A model generated the notes under the pieces. That model ran no database searches and was not told the origin of the DNA. It saw only the letters and a list, made by a program, of their open reading frames with translations. Of a DNA stretch of 64,000 bases, positions 1 through 12,597 are shown piece by piece. Each line of letters opens with the position of its first letter. Within the stretch, counting starts at the first letter, position 1. Location: contig LSRY02000035.1 in assembly GCA_001643675.2 (NCBI GenBank), positions 62,001-126,000 of the forward strand, given 5' to 3'. The DNA is from Monocercomonoides exilis PA203 (Eukaryota > Protista > Preaxostyla). The translations under genes and the position numbers were made by a program.

Positions 1-59
1 ATCCATTCCGTCATGCAAGAAAAACTTGTTTTTTTGTGATTATTAGCATTTTTTCATTT

Positions 60-2063
60 TCAAACAAATGTTGAAATAGGTTTGAGTGAAAAAGATTGGA
101 ATAAAGGAAACAAATGGATGATTGAGCATTCTTAGGAATGCTCATCAACGCTTGGTGAAAAACGGAAAACCAAAATTCAAAAAGATTACGAGGAATTCAT
201 TAACGAAGACGAATGGAAGAAATGCATTTTGATCAAGCACGATATTCAATCACAACATGATACTCCTGAACCCAATTCATCAAAAAAGACTATGACGATA
301 ATGAACGAAGAAAAAGCATTCCATAATATGAATGACAATACTGAAACAACTTTAAGAAAAGGTCGATCTTGAAATCAGGTTACAGCGTAACAAAAGAAAA
401 AGAAAAAGAAATCAATTTTTTGTAATTCTCATCAGAACGAAAATTCTGATATGTTAATGTCTAATGACGAGAAAATAAAATCAGACAAAGAGGATAATCA
501 ACTTTCCATATCAATTACAGACACTAAAAGGAAGACAATTACCACTGATGAAAAACAATTTGATTCAAAAATGGTCGAGCCATCTTCTCCTCCTCTTATT
601 TCGTTTTCTGAACTCAAAAAATTTCAAGACACTTTCAAAAAGGCTGATAAACATATTCTTTCCATCAATGATTCAATATGTTCTAGTGTACCTTTTCCAA
701 TATGTGACAAGTCCAATTCGCCTCATACACCATCATTTTCAAATTATCAGAGATTCAGAACTGATGCACCATTAAAGCAACCATTTATTAATCCGATATT
801 ACTTCAACAAGCTTCTTCTTCTGAAACAAATGATATGTTAACTCACATTAATACAACAAAATCAATCTGCAACAATTCGAACATCTTTCTCAATCACTTT
901 GGAAACAATAAGAGTCATTTTTCCAATTAATCCATCATGGAATCGGTTTATGTCGAAAATGAATCACAGAAAGAAAATAGACAAAATGATTTTTTTCCAA
1001 CTCAAATTGTGTCAATTGATTCCGTTGGCGGAAAAGGCCTGAATAACTTGGGAAATACGTGTTATTTATCATCCATTGTTCAATGCCTTTCATCCACTCT
1101 ATTTTCTTCATCAATCAAAATCATTCCGAATTCAGAAGATAATTGCCTAACATCAACATTTTTGAAAACATGTTCCCAGCTTTGCTCAAATGAAGAAGTG
1201 AAATCATGGGACTTGAATTTAATCGACAGATTGGACATGTTTTTTTTTTTTTTTTTTTTTTTTTTGGGGGGGAAGCAACAGCAAAATGCACCACAGGCTT
1301 ACGACAAACTTATTCAGTTATTTATTTCTGAAAATCTCATTCACAAATCGAACACTCAAGTGAACTGCTGCAATCATATTCAATGTTTGAAGTGCAATTC
1401 AATAAAAACAATTGACAACATAAAGGAGCTTAATTATTTCACTGTCAACAATACTGCTGTTTTTCAAGGATTGCAAAAATCAATTTCAAAGGAACATATG
1501 AGGCACCCAAATACCATCTTTTGCGACATATGTAACTGTAAACAAGAAATGGATATGTGGACAGAATTTCTATCTTTTCCAGAAATATTTGTATTGGACC
1601 ATGAATCAAATTATGCCTCTCTTTTTGTTCCTCCTTTATTTATTTTGTTTCAGCAAGACTCGAAACGTAAAATTACAAATATTTCAGACGACACACATGA
1701 TAATAAAACATTATCTTATATGAAAACAAATTTCACTTCTTATTATTATTCTTTCACAGGACAAATTTTTCATTAAAGAATGAGCCGAGACAATGGTCAT
1801 AACATTGCTTTCGTTTCTGATGGAAACAAGGATAATATATTATGGTATATTTGCAACGATGGAATAACATATATGGTGAATAAAGATAATTGGAACACAG
1901 CTTGGAAGTCTATTTTTAGTCGAGGTTATCGAGCTTCATTGACTTTTTACTCGAAGTCAGAAAGATATGGTCAAGTTGTAAATCAGTTATGAGGTGGAGA
2001 ATTGACACGTTCACGAAATTCAACATCAATCTCATCATCAAACACATCATCAAACTTATTGAC
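60..2063 (+). pseudogene. Decayed USP (peptidase C19)-domain element, copy 1, truncated at the inverted-repeat arm
   Basis: Cys box GLNNLGNTCYLSSIVQCL (~1035), QQNA box, two CxxC pairs and His/Asp box GHNIAFV...WYICND (1795-1860). In-frame TAA at 1774 plus other stops. Upstream EKDWNKGNKWMIEHS matches EDAWNKGNTWMINHS of copy 2. Confidence 0.8.
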
Positions 2064-3926
2064 TATCATATGGGAAATTTTTTTTGAGATGATAATCTCG
2101 TTCAATGTTTGATCTTTTTTTTTGAATTTTTGTGGGACAACTTTTTAAATACATTGGAAATTAATTAATATGATAAATCATCATTTTTTTGTAATATTTT
2201 TAATACGCAAATTTGGATTGATTCAATTTTCGAAAATAACCATAATTGTTCGAACATAAAGCATTTTCTTTTTTGCTGCGTATTATTCGGTCGTGCAAAC
2301 TTTTTGATGTTCGAAGAATATAAATTTTCTATCTTTAATAAGTTTCATTTTCTTTAAATATTTAATTGTTCATGAACACACATGAATGGAAGCTTTTCAT
2401 TCTTTTCAATTTTTTTTGAGATTTCTCGAGATAAGCAATATAGCAACGACAACAAACATAGAAGATCGGAAGAAGAATTAGAAGTTTCCACAGGTGTTGC
2501 ATGCTGGATATGGTTTTGTTTTTGATTTTTGATGATTTGAAATTTTTTTGAATCGTATTATTTTCCTTCTTTTCATTTGTCTTTTATTTCATTCAGCATT
2601 TAACATACAATATATATTTCAATTATTGTGTTTGTAACAAATAGATTTGATCTTTGAAATGATTTAATTTTTGTTTTTTATTGAAAATTCATAAATTTAT
2701 TTTTTTCCTGTGACATTCAATGGCATAGTCAATGAACGATTGAAATTTCGGTAACAAAAAGAATATCTGAATATTTGAAACAATTTTAAGGGGATATATT
2801 TTTTTATAACTGGAGTTAAAAGAAAAAAAAAATATGAAGAAAGAAAAAAACAAGATTAAGCAAAAGATGAGAGAAGAAAGTATTAAATGAAAGATGCTTG
2901 AGGTTTAATAGTTGAATTCACAAACATATGGAAATAGAATAGCTGCATAAAAAGAAGATAATAGGAAAGAAGTTGAAAGGAAAAAAAGATAAAGAGAGAA
3001 GAAAAAGAAAGAAGAAAATATAAAGAAAGAAGAATAAGAAAAGAGAGAGAGAAAAGAGAGAGAAAAGAGAGAGAAGGAAAAGAAGGTTGAAGCATAAAGA
3101 AGAAGTGGAGAGAAGAAGAAGAAGGAGAAGAAGAAAGAGGAAGAGCAGGATTTGTGGAAGAAGAGACATTAGCGAAGACATTTTGAGTTGAACATAAAGA
3201 AAATCTTCCATTTGAAGAAGAAGAAGAAGAAGAAGAAGGAGAAGGAGAAGGAGAAGGAGAAGGAGAAGGAGAAGGAGAAGGAGAGGAGAGAAAAAGAAAA
3301 AGAAAAAGGAAATAATAAAAAAAAGAATAAGAATGAAAAAGAAGAAAAAGAAAGAAAAGAAAGAAAAGAAAGATAAATAAATAGATAGATAGAAAGATAG
3401 ATAGATAGATAGAAAGGAAGATTGAAAGATTGAAAGAAAGACTTCGAAAGGAAGAAGAACAAAGAAAAAAGGAAGAAGAAGAGAATAGGAAGAAGAAGGA
3501 AGAAGAAGAAGAGGGAATCAAAGAAGTGCTTGGAAATGGTGCAGGCTGATCAGCAGAGTTATCATTCCCATTTTGTTTAGACTGTCCAGCCAGCATTCTT
3601 CCATTTCCAATGTCTCTTCCTTTGAGCGAGTGCAGCACGCTTTCGTCGTCCATCGATAGCTCCTTCCTCTTTTCCCTTTCGATTGCTGCCTTCTTCTTCT
3701 CCTTCCGCTCCATCTCCTGCGCCTTCTCCAGCGGTGTCTTCAGTTGCTAGTGCACTCTCGTCTTCTTCGGCTCAGCCACAGCCGTCGAACGGGCAGAAGA
3801 TGCCTTCAGAGCATCTCTGCTGAGCACAGCTGTCGCCCTGCCAAAGTTCGGAGGCAGCGGATAATCGTCATCGCATTCGTCGTTCTTCCCTTTCTCCTTC
3901 GAAAGCATTGCCAGCGACGCTTTCTG

Positions 3927-3966
<40 letters not shown>

Positions 3967-4916
3967 TCTCTGCATTCCTTCTCTCCACTTCCTCCACGGT
4001 TCTCAGAATTTCCTCTTTTCACGAGTTTTCCTCTTTGTCCAGCATTTTTCCATTCAAAAACTGCACATTTACGGCAAACACACTTCTCACAACTGCTGCT
4101 TCGCCTTTCCCATCAGCCACAATTCTTTTCTTCCTCAACAAAAGCACTCTTTCCTTCGCATAGTACTCGATATCTGCTTCTTCCTCATGCACTCCACTCA
4201 CTCCAAACACACCCCATTTCCTCCTCATAAGTTCCGCAATGCCTTTTTCTCCGCTTTTCTCTCTTTCTCCTGATGCACCCACATCGCCCTCTCTCTATCT
4301 CTCTCCTCTCTCTTCTTCCCCTCCTCCTTTCTCTCCTTCTCTCATTCCTCCTTCCTCTCTTGATGCCTTCATTCGCTCTTTGTACATTACTGCCTTCGTG
4401 CACTGCTTCAGCTTCGTCTGCAGAGACTGCAGATAGCTCGTATTCAGTGTCTGTGCACCAGAACTGCCTCTAACAGAGAGAAGAGGACCTGTTAAGAGAA
4501 GCTTCCGAGTGAAGAAAGACTCACCACGTAGTGTACCACCAAGGAAGAAGGAAGAGGAAGTTGAGAATGAGTTGGAAGAGGAAGTGGATAAATTTGCATC
4601 AGGAGAGGAAGAAGAAGAAGAAGAAGAAATAAGAGATGTCTTTGGGGATCTCAATACAGATGCAGCTGCTTGCGACGAGTTGGTTGAGGCATTTGAGCTG
4701 TCGGCTGATCCTGTGCTTGCATAGCTCTTCACACTTCCTGTGTCACTTGCACCTTTCTCTTCATTCTTTTCTGCTGCTTTCTCTTCGGCCTCTGCTCGTC
4801 TTTTCTCTTCTTCTTCTCTTTTGCCTTCCTCTTTTGCCTTCTCAATCATCTTCAAAAGGGCTACTTCTTCCTTCTTGTCTCTGTATTCAACAGCCAAATG
4901 GACATTCTGGTAAATT
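2064..4916 (-). repeat. Left arm of a long inverted repeat (~2.85 kb)
   Basis: Reverse complement of 10587-13417. Ends are TATCATATGGG... and ...CTGGTAAATT. The ORF track is mirrored, and the length difference is explained by microsatellite lengths. Confidence 0.97.
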
Positions 4917-5640
4917 ATGTTTTTCTTATTTTTAAAATGATAATTTCAAAACGTTGATGTGTATTTAATTTTAAATGGATTCATTTTCTTATTTTGTATA
5001 TTTGAATAATCTTTTCATTATGGATTATTTACTGGTTGATATTTGTGTTGATAATAATGCTCAAGGATATAAACTTCTGGAATATATATTTGTTAAAAGC
5101 AATTCGCTTTGTAAATAAATTCAAAATTTTTTCATATCGGAAGATATAATTTCCCATCCAGTATTTTGTTTCATATGAAAGAGTAAAATTTGACGTTCGC
5201 TAAATTTATTTTCTTATTGGAAAACTTTTTCTTTCTTTCTTTTTTGTTTGAGAAAAAAATGCAAATCTTTTTATTCAGAAATTCCATATATCCAAATAAT
5301 CGAAATGAAAATTTTCATTTCGAAATTTTTATATCCCTTTGTTTGGTTTTCAACTTATTGTTATTTGTTATACGAATTCAGATAAGATAATTTCAACATA
5401 AATGTTTTCAACTCCTGAATCAACATTATCAACGAGAGCATGTCACGCATGGAATGAATAAAAAAAATTGGCGGAGACAAAGTTGATGAGCTTTTATTAT
5501 TTTTATTGATAAAGAACAAAGCAGCTGCTGATGTGGCAAATACAATTCGTCAACAATCAAATGGTAATTGTCAATTGATTTCAAGTGAACTATAACAGAT
5601 TTAAAATTGTGTTTTTTTGGTTTTTTTGTTTTCAATGTTT

Positions 5641-8345
5641 AACTTTGAATTATCAGAGTCTCTGTACACACTGATGAATGATCTGGCAGTTGTTTACAAT
5701 GCCTCACATAAACATACACAGACAATGATTTTGTAAGCCGTTGCTCGTGATTATGCAATGAAAAAGCTTCAAACGTTTGGCTTCGATATATCAAGAGGAC
5801 AGCACAGTTACGCAAAAAAATACTTTGCAAAAAATCAATGATCAAATTATTCCTCCCCAAAAACCAATACTTCCAATGTGCAAGCGTGGTTTTAATAATT
5901 TTTCAATGTTTCTTTTTTGAAGATAATAATTCAATTTTTAAGGAATTGAAGAAGATGCTTGGAACAAAGGAAACACGTGGATGATAAATCATTCAACAAA
6001 AATGTCATCATCAATAATTTGCAATAAAAAATTGTCAAAGCACTCAGAAAAAGAACAGTTTTTGGATGAATCTGCCTGGGATGATTTGATATGCATATCA
6101 TCGCATGACAAAAGACAGGAACAACCAAATAAAATAGGAGAAGAGTCATCAATAAAGCATCAAAGAATTCCTCCAAATGAAGAATCCAGCTTTCAATCTC
6201 ATTTTGACGATCGTTCAATATCAGCTGATTCTGAAAGTGAACAAGACTCAACTGGATTTCGAAAAGAGAAAATTCATCTTTTTAGAGAAAATACAGAAAC
6301 ATCATCAAAAGTGATTCAAGGGAAAATATTCATGAAAAACAGAGCAAATGATTCTCCCACATTTATTGCTGATTCAATTGTTAAGAAAGCCAATATCGAT
6401 TGCGAACATAATAGAAACATTCCGTTTCAAATTCGTTCTGAAAAAAATTCATTGTCTCCACAAATAATCCCTCCTTATTGTCTAACTCACTTTATTGATT
6501 CTTTGGATCAGAGACAAGAAGCCAATGAATCATGTCTGACAACATTAATGAAAACCACTGACAATTCAAACACTTGTTCACATACAAAATCAGAGACATG
6601 TCCTGTTAATAAATTTCATTCAAATATAAGGGTGAGCAATTAATCCTGTTTTGGAAATTTGGCAATCCAAGTGAATTTGCCATCGATTGAGAAAAGAACA
6701 GATCAAAGTCACATTGAAAATTCTGATCGAGAAGATTTGACGCATATTGGTGAAGAAAGCGTGGAACTCAATTCTCAACCAAATAAAAAGGACAACAGCA
6801 AAAACCAATCTGATTCAAAATGTCAAACAATAATTCGCATTCAGAATCCGCAAACAAAAAAGTTATCAGAGAGAAAGGGTATAATAAATTTTGGAAATAC
6901 ATGTTATTTATCGTCGTTATTGCAAAGCTTTTCTTCCATCATATCTATTAATCCTTCAATTGTCAAAGAACCAAATTGAAAAACGTGTCTTTCAAAAATG
7001 TTGTTGAATGTTTATTCTCAAATTCAAGGAAATTCAAATTATGTGGAGGAATGGAAGGCAGTCCTAATTGACGAATGGGAATCATTCTGTGGTTTCGGAA
7101 AAAGAAAACTACAAAATATTTCATAATCATATGGATTCTGATCAAACGGCTCATAAAAGACAATGCACTTTGTCAGGATAATATTGGTATAACCACTTCC
7201 AACCACACAAAATGCAAATTTTGTGAAATTTCTTCAATTGTTCAAAGTACTTCCAACAACATAATCATCAATTCAAATTCAGTGGAAAGAGGGCAAAAGA
7301 AATATTTAACGAAAGAACATCTTTCAAAAAACAATTCAGTTTTATGTGGCAAATGCGGAAAACTTAATGAAGCGACAAAATTGACAGAGATTCGTTTCTA
7401 TCCACAATTATTAACAATTGAACATGAATGTTCATCCATAAAGCCATCAATTCCACCAAAACAATTATTCTTTTTTGTCAAAAATCATCATCGAACATTT
7501 GCAACTTCTTCAATGGAATTTCCAAACTCGAAATCTTCAGCTCATCTTCAAACAAAAAGAAGTTATTCTTTTATTGGACAAATATTATTCAGGCAAACTG
7601 ATCAATCCCATGGGAATTATATTTCATTTGTCAGAGATTCTTGCATTGATAAAGAATCCTGGTTTATTTGCAACGATGCTTTCGTTTCAAAAGTCAATGC
7701 TCAAAGTTGGAAACAAGCATGGGAAAATTTATTTAAAGAAGGATATATACCATCATTATCATTTTACATTGAAGATCACACAAATAATGGAAAAAATACA
7801 ATTCAAAAAGGAGAAGCACTTTCAAATATTCAACTGTCTGAAAAGCAAACCAAAAAAACTCAACACAAAAATGCACTTGAAGGAGCAATGTTAAGAGCAA
7901 ACAATGACGACGCATTTTCAATATCCTCTTCAAACATCAACAATCATTTACCATTAAAACGGAATCAAAAATCAACTCGGATTTTTTCACCAAATGAAAA
8001 AAGACTTATTTGCAAGCCGAAATCAAGATTATGGAAAGAATTTCAGGAAGAAACAAACATTAAGTTATCACTTTCTTATTTCAACAAACGACACAATTTT
8101 ATCGAGCAAAAAAGAGAACTGATGTATGTGAAATGTGTGAAAAACTTGATCATTTGGAAAGAAAATTGAGGTCTGTTCCTTCTTCAAAATGAAGCAAATC
8201 GGATATGAAAAATTTTTCAATTTTGAAAATGCACAAAACGTATGCGGAATGGCAACGAAAACATTTTCAAAAAACAGTTCATGATTTGAAGGAGAATGAA
8301 GTGACATTGCTGTTTGATTTCAAAGAAAAATGGAAATTGCACATC
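5641..8345 (+). mobile_element. Decayed USP-containing element, copy 2, with flanking Sola-like transposase motifs
   Basis: USP boxes GIINFGNTCYLSSLLQS (6878) and HGNYISFV...WFICND (7610-7680). Downstream, across a frameshift: LWKEFQEETNIKLSLSYF...TDVCEMC...HKTYAEWQRKHF...VTLLFDFKEKW. Upstream: VYNASHKHTQTMIL*AVARDY...GFDISRGQHSYAKK. Multiple stops and frameshifts. Confidence 0.55.
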
Positions 8346-9249
8346 AGATTTCTCCAACTTCATCAAAAACTGTGTGATGCCAAATAAATTTCCCATTAAA
8401 CATTAATATCGTTATTGAAACAAAGCAATCATTTGATTATTAACATTGTCAACTTCATCAAAGAAAACAATAAAATAATAATTAATAAGAAATCTAGTTT
8501 TTACAGTCAAAATTTTTTTTTAATTATAATTATCCTTTCCAAACTTTTTGATTTTTAAAATTATTCTGCAATTCATGTTCTTATATCCAAAATCTCTTAT
8601 TTGTTCACTTTCCATAATGAAACAAATACTTTTTATATTCTGAAAAAGACAATGTCAAGAGAATTATTTTCAGAAATAACACAGATTGAACGTTTGAAAT
8701 AGTGAATTCGGTGTTCTGGTTAACTAGGTCAATAATTACCTTTCCGATGAAAATGTTTTATCATTGCAGGATTTGATTTCTTTTTTGAAAAAGCATGTTG
8801 AATCCCATACAGTTTCACAAAACACTATTTCACAAAGGCAAAACCAATCAACTTCAACAAATATTTCTTCATCAGAGAATTCTCAATTTGAATTATCAGT
8901 GAACGACAGATATTTTGAAGAATAGATTTCATCACAACAGAAAGTTTGGCCTTCTTTCGTCATTCCACACATGAAAGATTTCTTGTTTTTTGAAAGTGAG
9001 AATAATCATGTATTTGGATCAGCAGTCGTCTATTCTCCATAGCGCTGTTTAATTGATCTTCAAGGAACAATAAAGAATGAAACAGTTTTGAATGAAAGAA
9101 AAACATGTTCAAAGCAGCAAAACTCACAAAATATCATCAATGTTCCACAATCTTCAATTGAAATGATTTGCAGACGAAACAGATTTTTACGCAATTCATT
9201 AACATTTGATTTCTGTAATTGTCCCATATGTATCATTGATCTTCAAGCA

Positions 9250-9900
9250 AGATTTAAAGTGCATGCTCAGCTTTTGCTCCATCGGAAAAGCAAAAGACGT
9301 GGTATCAAGCATTAGATAAAAATAATCACTTTATTTTTATCCAGACTTGGATATAGTTTGATATCTCCCAGGTGCACTTTTTAATCTAATCCGATTGGCT
9401 TATTGAGAATCAATGATTTTGAATGATAATAACCCAAATATTTCATATTAGCTGCTCCAAATGTTTATTCTTTGTTCATTAAAACATGTTAATGAAAAGA
9501 CGTGAATGTTTGTGGAATCGAAAATCAATTTCTGTTGACGATTCGGAAAATCTCTTGATATTGGTGAGGCAATGTTATTTGTGCATTTTTTGACGTCATT
9601 TGAAAATGCAATTTCAATATTGATCTTTGTAGATAATAAGACAGTGTGCGAAGTGTAACTTATTGCAAATTCTAATCCATCTTTAAGTCTCAATTTTAAT
9701 GAATAAGAAGGATTTCTTGTGGGATGCAAAGATGTCGAACAAGAATGCTGCAAAAATAATTTTTCGCAGTTCTTTCTTTCAATTTTGATGTTTGATTGTT
9801 GAATAATCTTTTGAAGGAATATTAGAGACAGTTTATGGATATAGCTTCAATGAAAATGTTTTCTTGTGACTCAAAAGATAAAAAGCTTATTCGGAAATTT
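9250..9900 (-). pseudogene. Possible highly degenerate non-LTR retrotransposon reverse transcriptase remnant
   Basis: Motif shadows in the expected order and spacing across frameshifts: E*AFYLLSH (~9880, KAFD-like), FAAFLFDIF (~9745), ISYTSHTVLLS (~9655, YADD position), MKYLG (~9440), KVIIFI*CLIPRLL (~9310). Confidence 0.35.
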
Positions 9901-10266
9901 GTCATTAAGCAATTTTCAACATTGCATGGTTTGATAATTATTTTTCAAATGTTAATCATTTGGTTTCATTTGAGATTGACTTTTGAAGAATTGACCACTT
10001 TCATCAAACACATCATAATATTTCTTTTCATGTAAACATTTTCAATTTAAAAGTTTCATCACTCGATCGAAACTGTTTTTGGAATGATCTGATTTGCCAA
10101 TTCATCGCTTCGATTACGAGCATTGAATAATTCATTTTTTAAAATATGATTCGTTCATATTTGTTTCAAACATCATCAAAATTTTAACGAATTGATAATT
10201 AACTTGAAATGTGGAATTGTCATATTTTTGAATTGTTAATAAATAACATTTCATAATTTTCATGCA

Positions 10267-12597
10267 TTGTATCACCATCTCTTCCTTTGTTGTCTTGTAT
10301 ACTCAACTTCTTTTTATCGTCCTCTCCACTTTATTTCATATCCTTCAACCTTTTTCAAATTGTCTTCTGTCATCTTTTCTTCACATCTTCTTCTTCTCTC
10401 CTCTCTTTATTCAACTTATTCTACCAATTCTCTCTGCTTCTTCTCTCCTTTCTTTCTTCTTCTTTTTTATAATCTTCATCTTCTTTCTTCTCCATCATTG
10501 CCATTATCATCATTATCATTATCATTTTCTTCATCTTCTTCCAACAAAAAATCATCTAGATTATCTTTAAAGAAGTCACTCAACTAAATTTACCAGAATG
10601 TCCATTTGGCTGTTGAATACAGAGACAAGAAGGAAGAAGTAGCCCTTTTGAAGATGATTGAGAAGGCAAAAGAGGAAGGCAAAAGAGAAGAAGAAGAGAA
10701 AAGACGAGCAGAGGCCGAAGAGAAAGCAGCAGAAAAGAATGAAGAGAAAGGTGCAAGTGACACAGGAAGTGTGAAGAGCTATGCAAGCACAGGATCAGCC
10801 GACAGCTCAAATGCCTCAACCAACTCGTCGCAAGCAGCTGCATCTGTATTGAGATCCCCAAAGACATCTCTTATTTCTTCTTCTTCTTCTTCTTCCTCTC
10901 CTGATGCAAATTTATCCACTTCCTCTTCCAACTCATTCTCAACTTCCTCTTCCTTCTTCCTTGGTGGTACACTACGTGGTGAGTCTTTCTTCACTCGGAA
11001 GCTTCTCTTAACAGGTCCTCTTCTCTCTGTTAGAGGCAGTTCTGGTGCACAGACACTGAATACGAGCTATCTGCAGTCTCTGCAGACGAAGCTGAAGCAG
11101 TGCACGAAGGCAGTAATGTACAAAGAGCGAATGAAGGCATCAAGAGAGGAAGGAGGAATGAGAGAAGGAGAGAAAGGAGGAGGGGAAGAAGAGAGAGGAG
11201 AGAGATAGAGAGAGGGCGATGTGGGTGCATCAGGAGAAAGAGAGAAAAGCGGAGAAAAAGGCATTGCGGAACTTATGAGGAGGAAATGGGGTGTGTTTGG
11301 AGTGAGTGGAGTGCATGAGGAAGAAGCAGATATCGAGTACTATGCGAAGGAAAGAGTGCTTTTGTTGAGGAAGAAAAGAATTGTGGCTGATGGGAAAGGC
11401 GAAGCAGCAGTTGTGAGAAGTGTGTTTGCCGTAAATGTGCAGTTTTTGAATGGAAAAATGCTGGACAAAGAGGAAAACTCGTGAAAAGAGGAAATTCTGA
11501 GAACCGTGGAGGAAGTGGAGAGAAGGAATGCAGAGAAGGAGAGAGAGAGAGAGAGAGAGAGAGAGCAGAAAGCGTCGCTGGCAATGCTTTCGAAGGAGAA
11601 AGGGAAGAACGACGAATGCGATGACGATTATCCGCTGCCTCCGAACTTTGGCAGGGCGACAGCTGTGCTCAGCAGAGATGCTCTGAAGGCATCTTCTGCC
11701 CGTTCGACGGCTGTGGCTGAGCCGAAGAAGACGAGAGTGCACTAGCAACTGAAGACACCGCTGGAGAAGGCGCAGGAGATGGAGCGGAAGGAGAAGAAGA
11801 AGGCAGCAATCGAAAGGGAAAAGAGGAAGGAGCTATCGATGGACGACGAAAGCGTGCTGCACTCGCTCAAAGGAAGAGACATTGGAAATGGAAGAATGCT
11901 GGCTGGACAGTCTAAACAAAATGGGAATGATAACTCTGCTGATCAGCCTGCACCATTTCCAAGCACTTCTTTGATTCCCTCTTCTTCTTCTTCCTTCTTC
12001 TTCCTATTCTCTTCTTCTTCCTTTTTTCTTTGTTCTTCTTCCTTTCGAAGTCTTTCTTTCAATCTTTCAATCTTCCTTTCTATCTATCTATCTATCTTTC
12101 TATCTATCTATTTATTTATCTTTCTTTTCTTTCTTTTCTTTCTTTTTCTTCTTTTTCATTCTTATTCTTTTTTTTATTATTTCCTTTTTCTTTTTCTTTT
12201 TCTCTCCTCTCCTTCTCCTTCTCCTTCTCCTTCTCCTTCTCCTTCTTCTTCTTCTTCTTCTTCTTCAAATGGAAGATTTTCTTTATGTTCAACTCAAAAT
12301 GTCTTCGCTAATGTCTCTTCTTCCACAAATCCTGCTCTTCCTCTTTCTTCTTCTCCTTCTTCTTCTTCTCTCCACTTCTTCTTTATGCTTCAACCTTCTT
12401 TTCCTTCTCTCTCTTTTCTCTCTCTTTTCTCTCTCTCTTTTCTTATTCTTCTTTCTTTATATTTTCTTCTTTCTTTTTCTTCTCTCTTTATCTTTTTTTC
12501 CTTTCAACTTCTTTCCTATTATCTTCTTTTTATGCAGCTATTCTATTTCCATATGTTTGTGAATTCAACTATTAAACCTCAAGCATCTTTCATTTAA
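10267..12597 (+). pseudogene. Single long reading frame of unknown function interrupted by four in-frame stops
   Basis: ORFs 10267-10587, 10606-11208, 11221-11484, 11506-11745 and 11779-12597 all share one frame. The separating stops are TAA, TAG, TGA and TAG. An inverted copy lies in the left arm. Confidence 0.6.

Noticed and set aside
2883-3713. Phe/Leu/Ser-rich 'membrane protein' ORFs here and at 11779-12597 and 48142-49071
   Set aside because: These are translations of pyrimidine-rich microsatellite or intron sequence, not credible TM proteins.
1774-11745. Alternative genetic code (TAA/TAG = Gln, as in some oxymonads and ciliates)
   Set aside because: Intact long genes in the window (GTPase, S41, LRR, cathepsin B) have no internal TAR codons, and several end in TAA. 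In-frame stops are confined to decayed regions.
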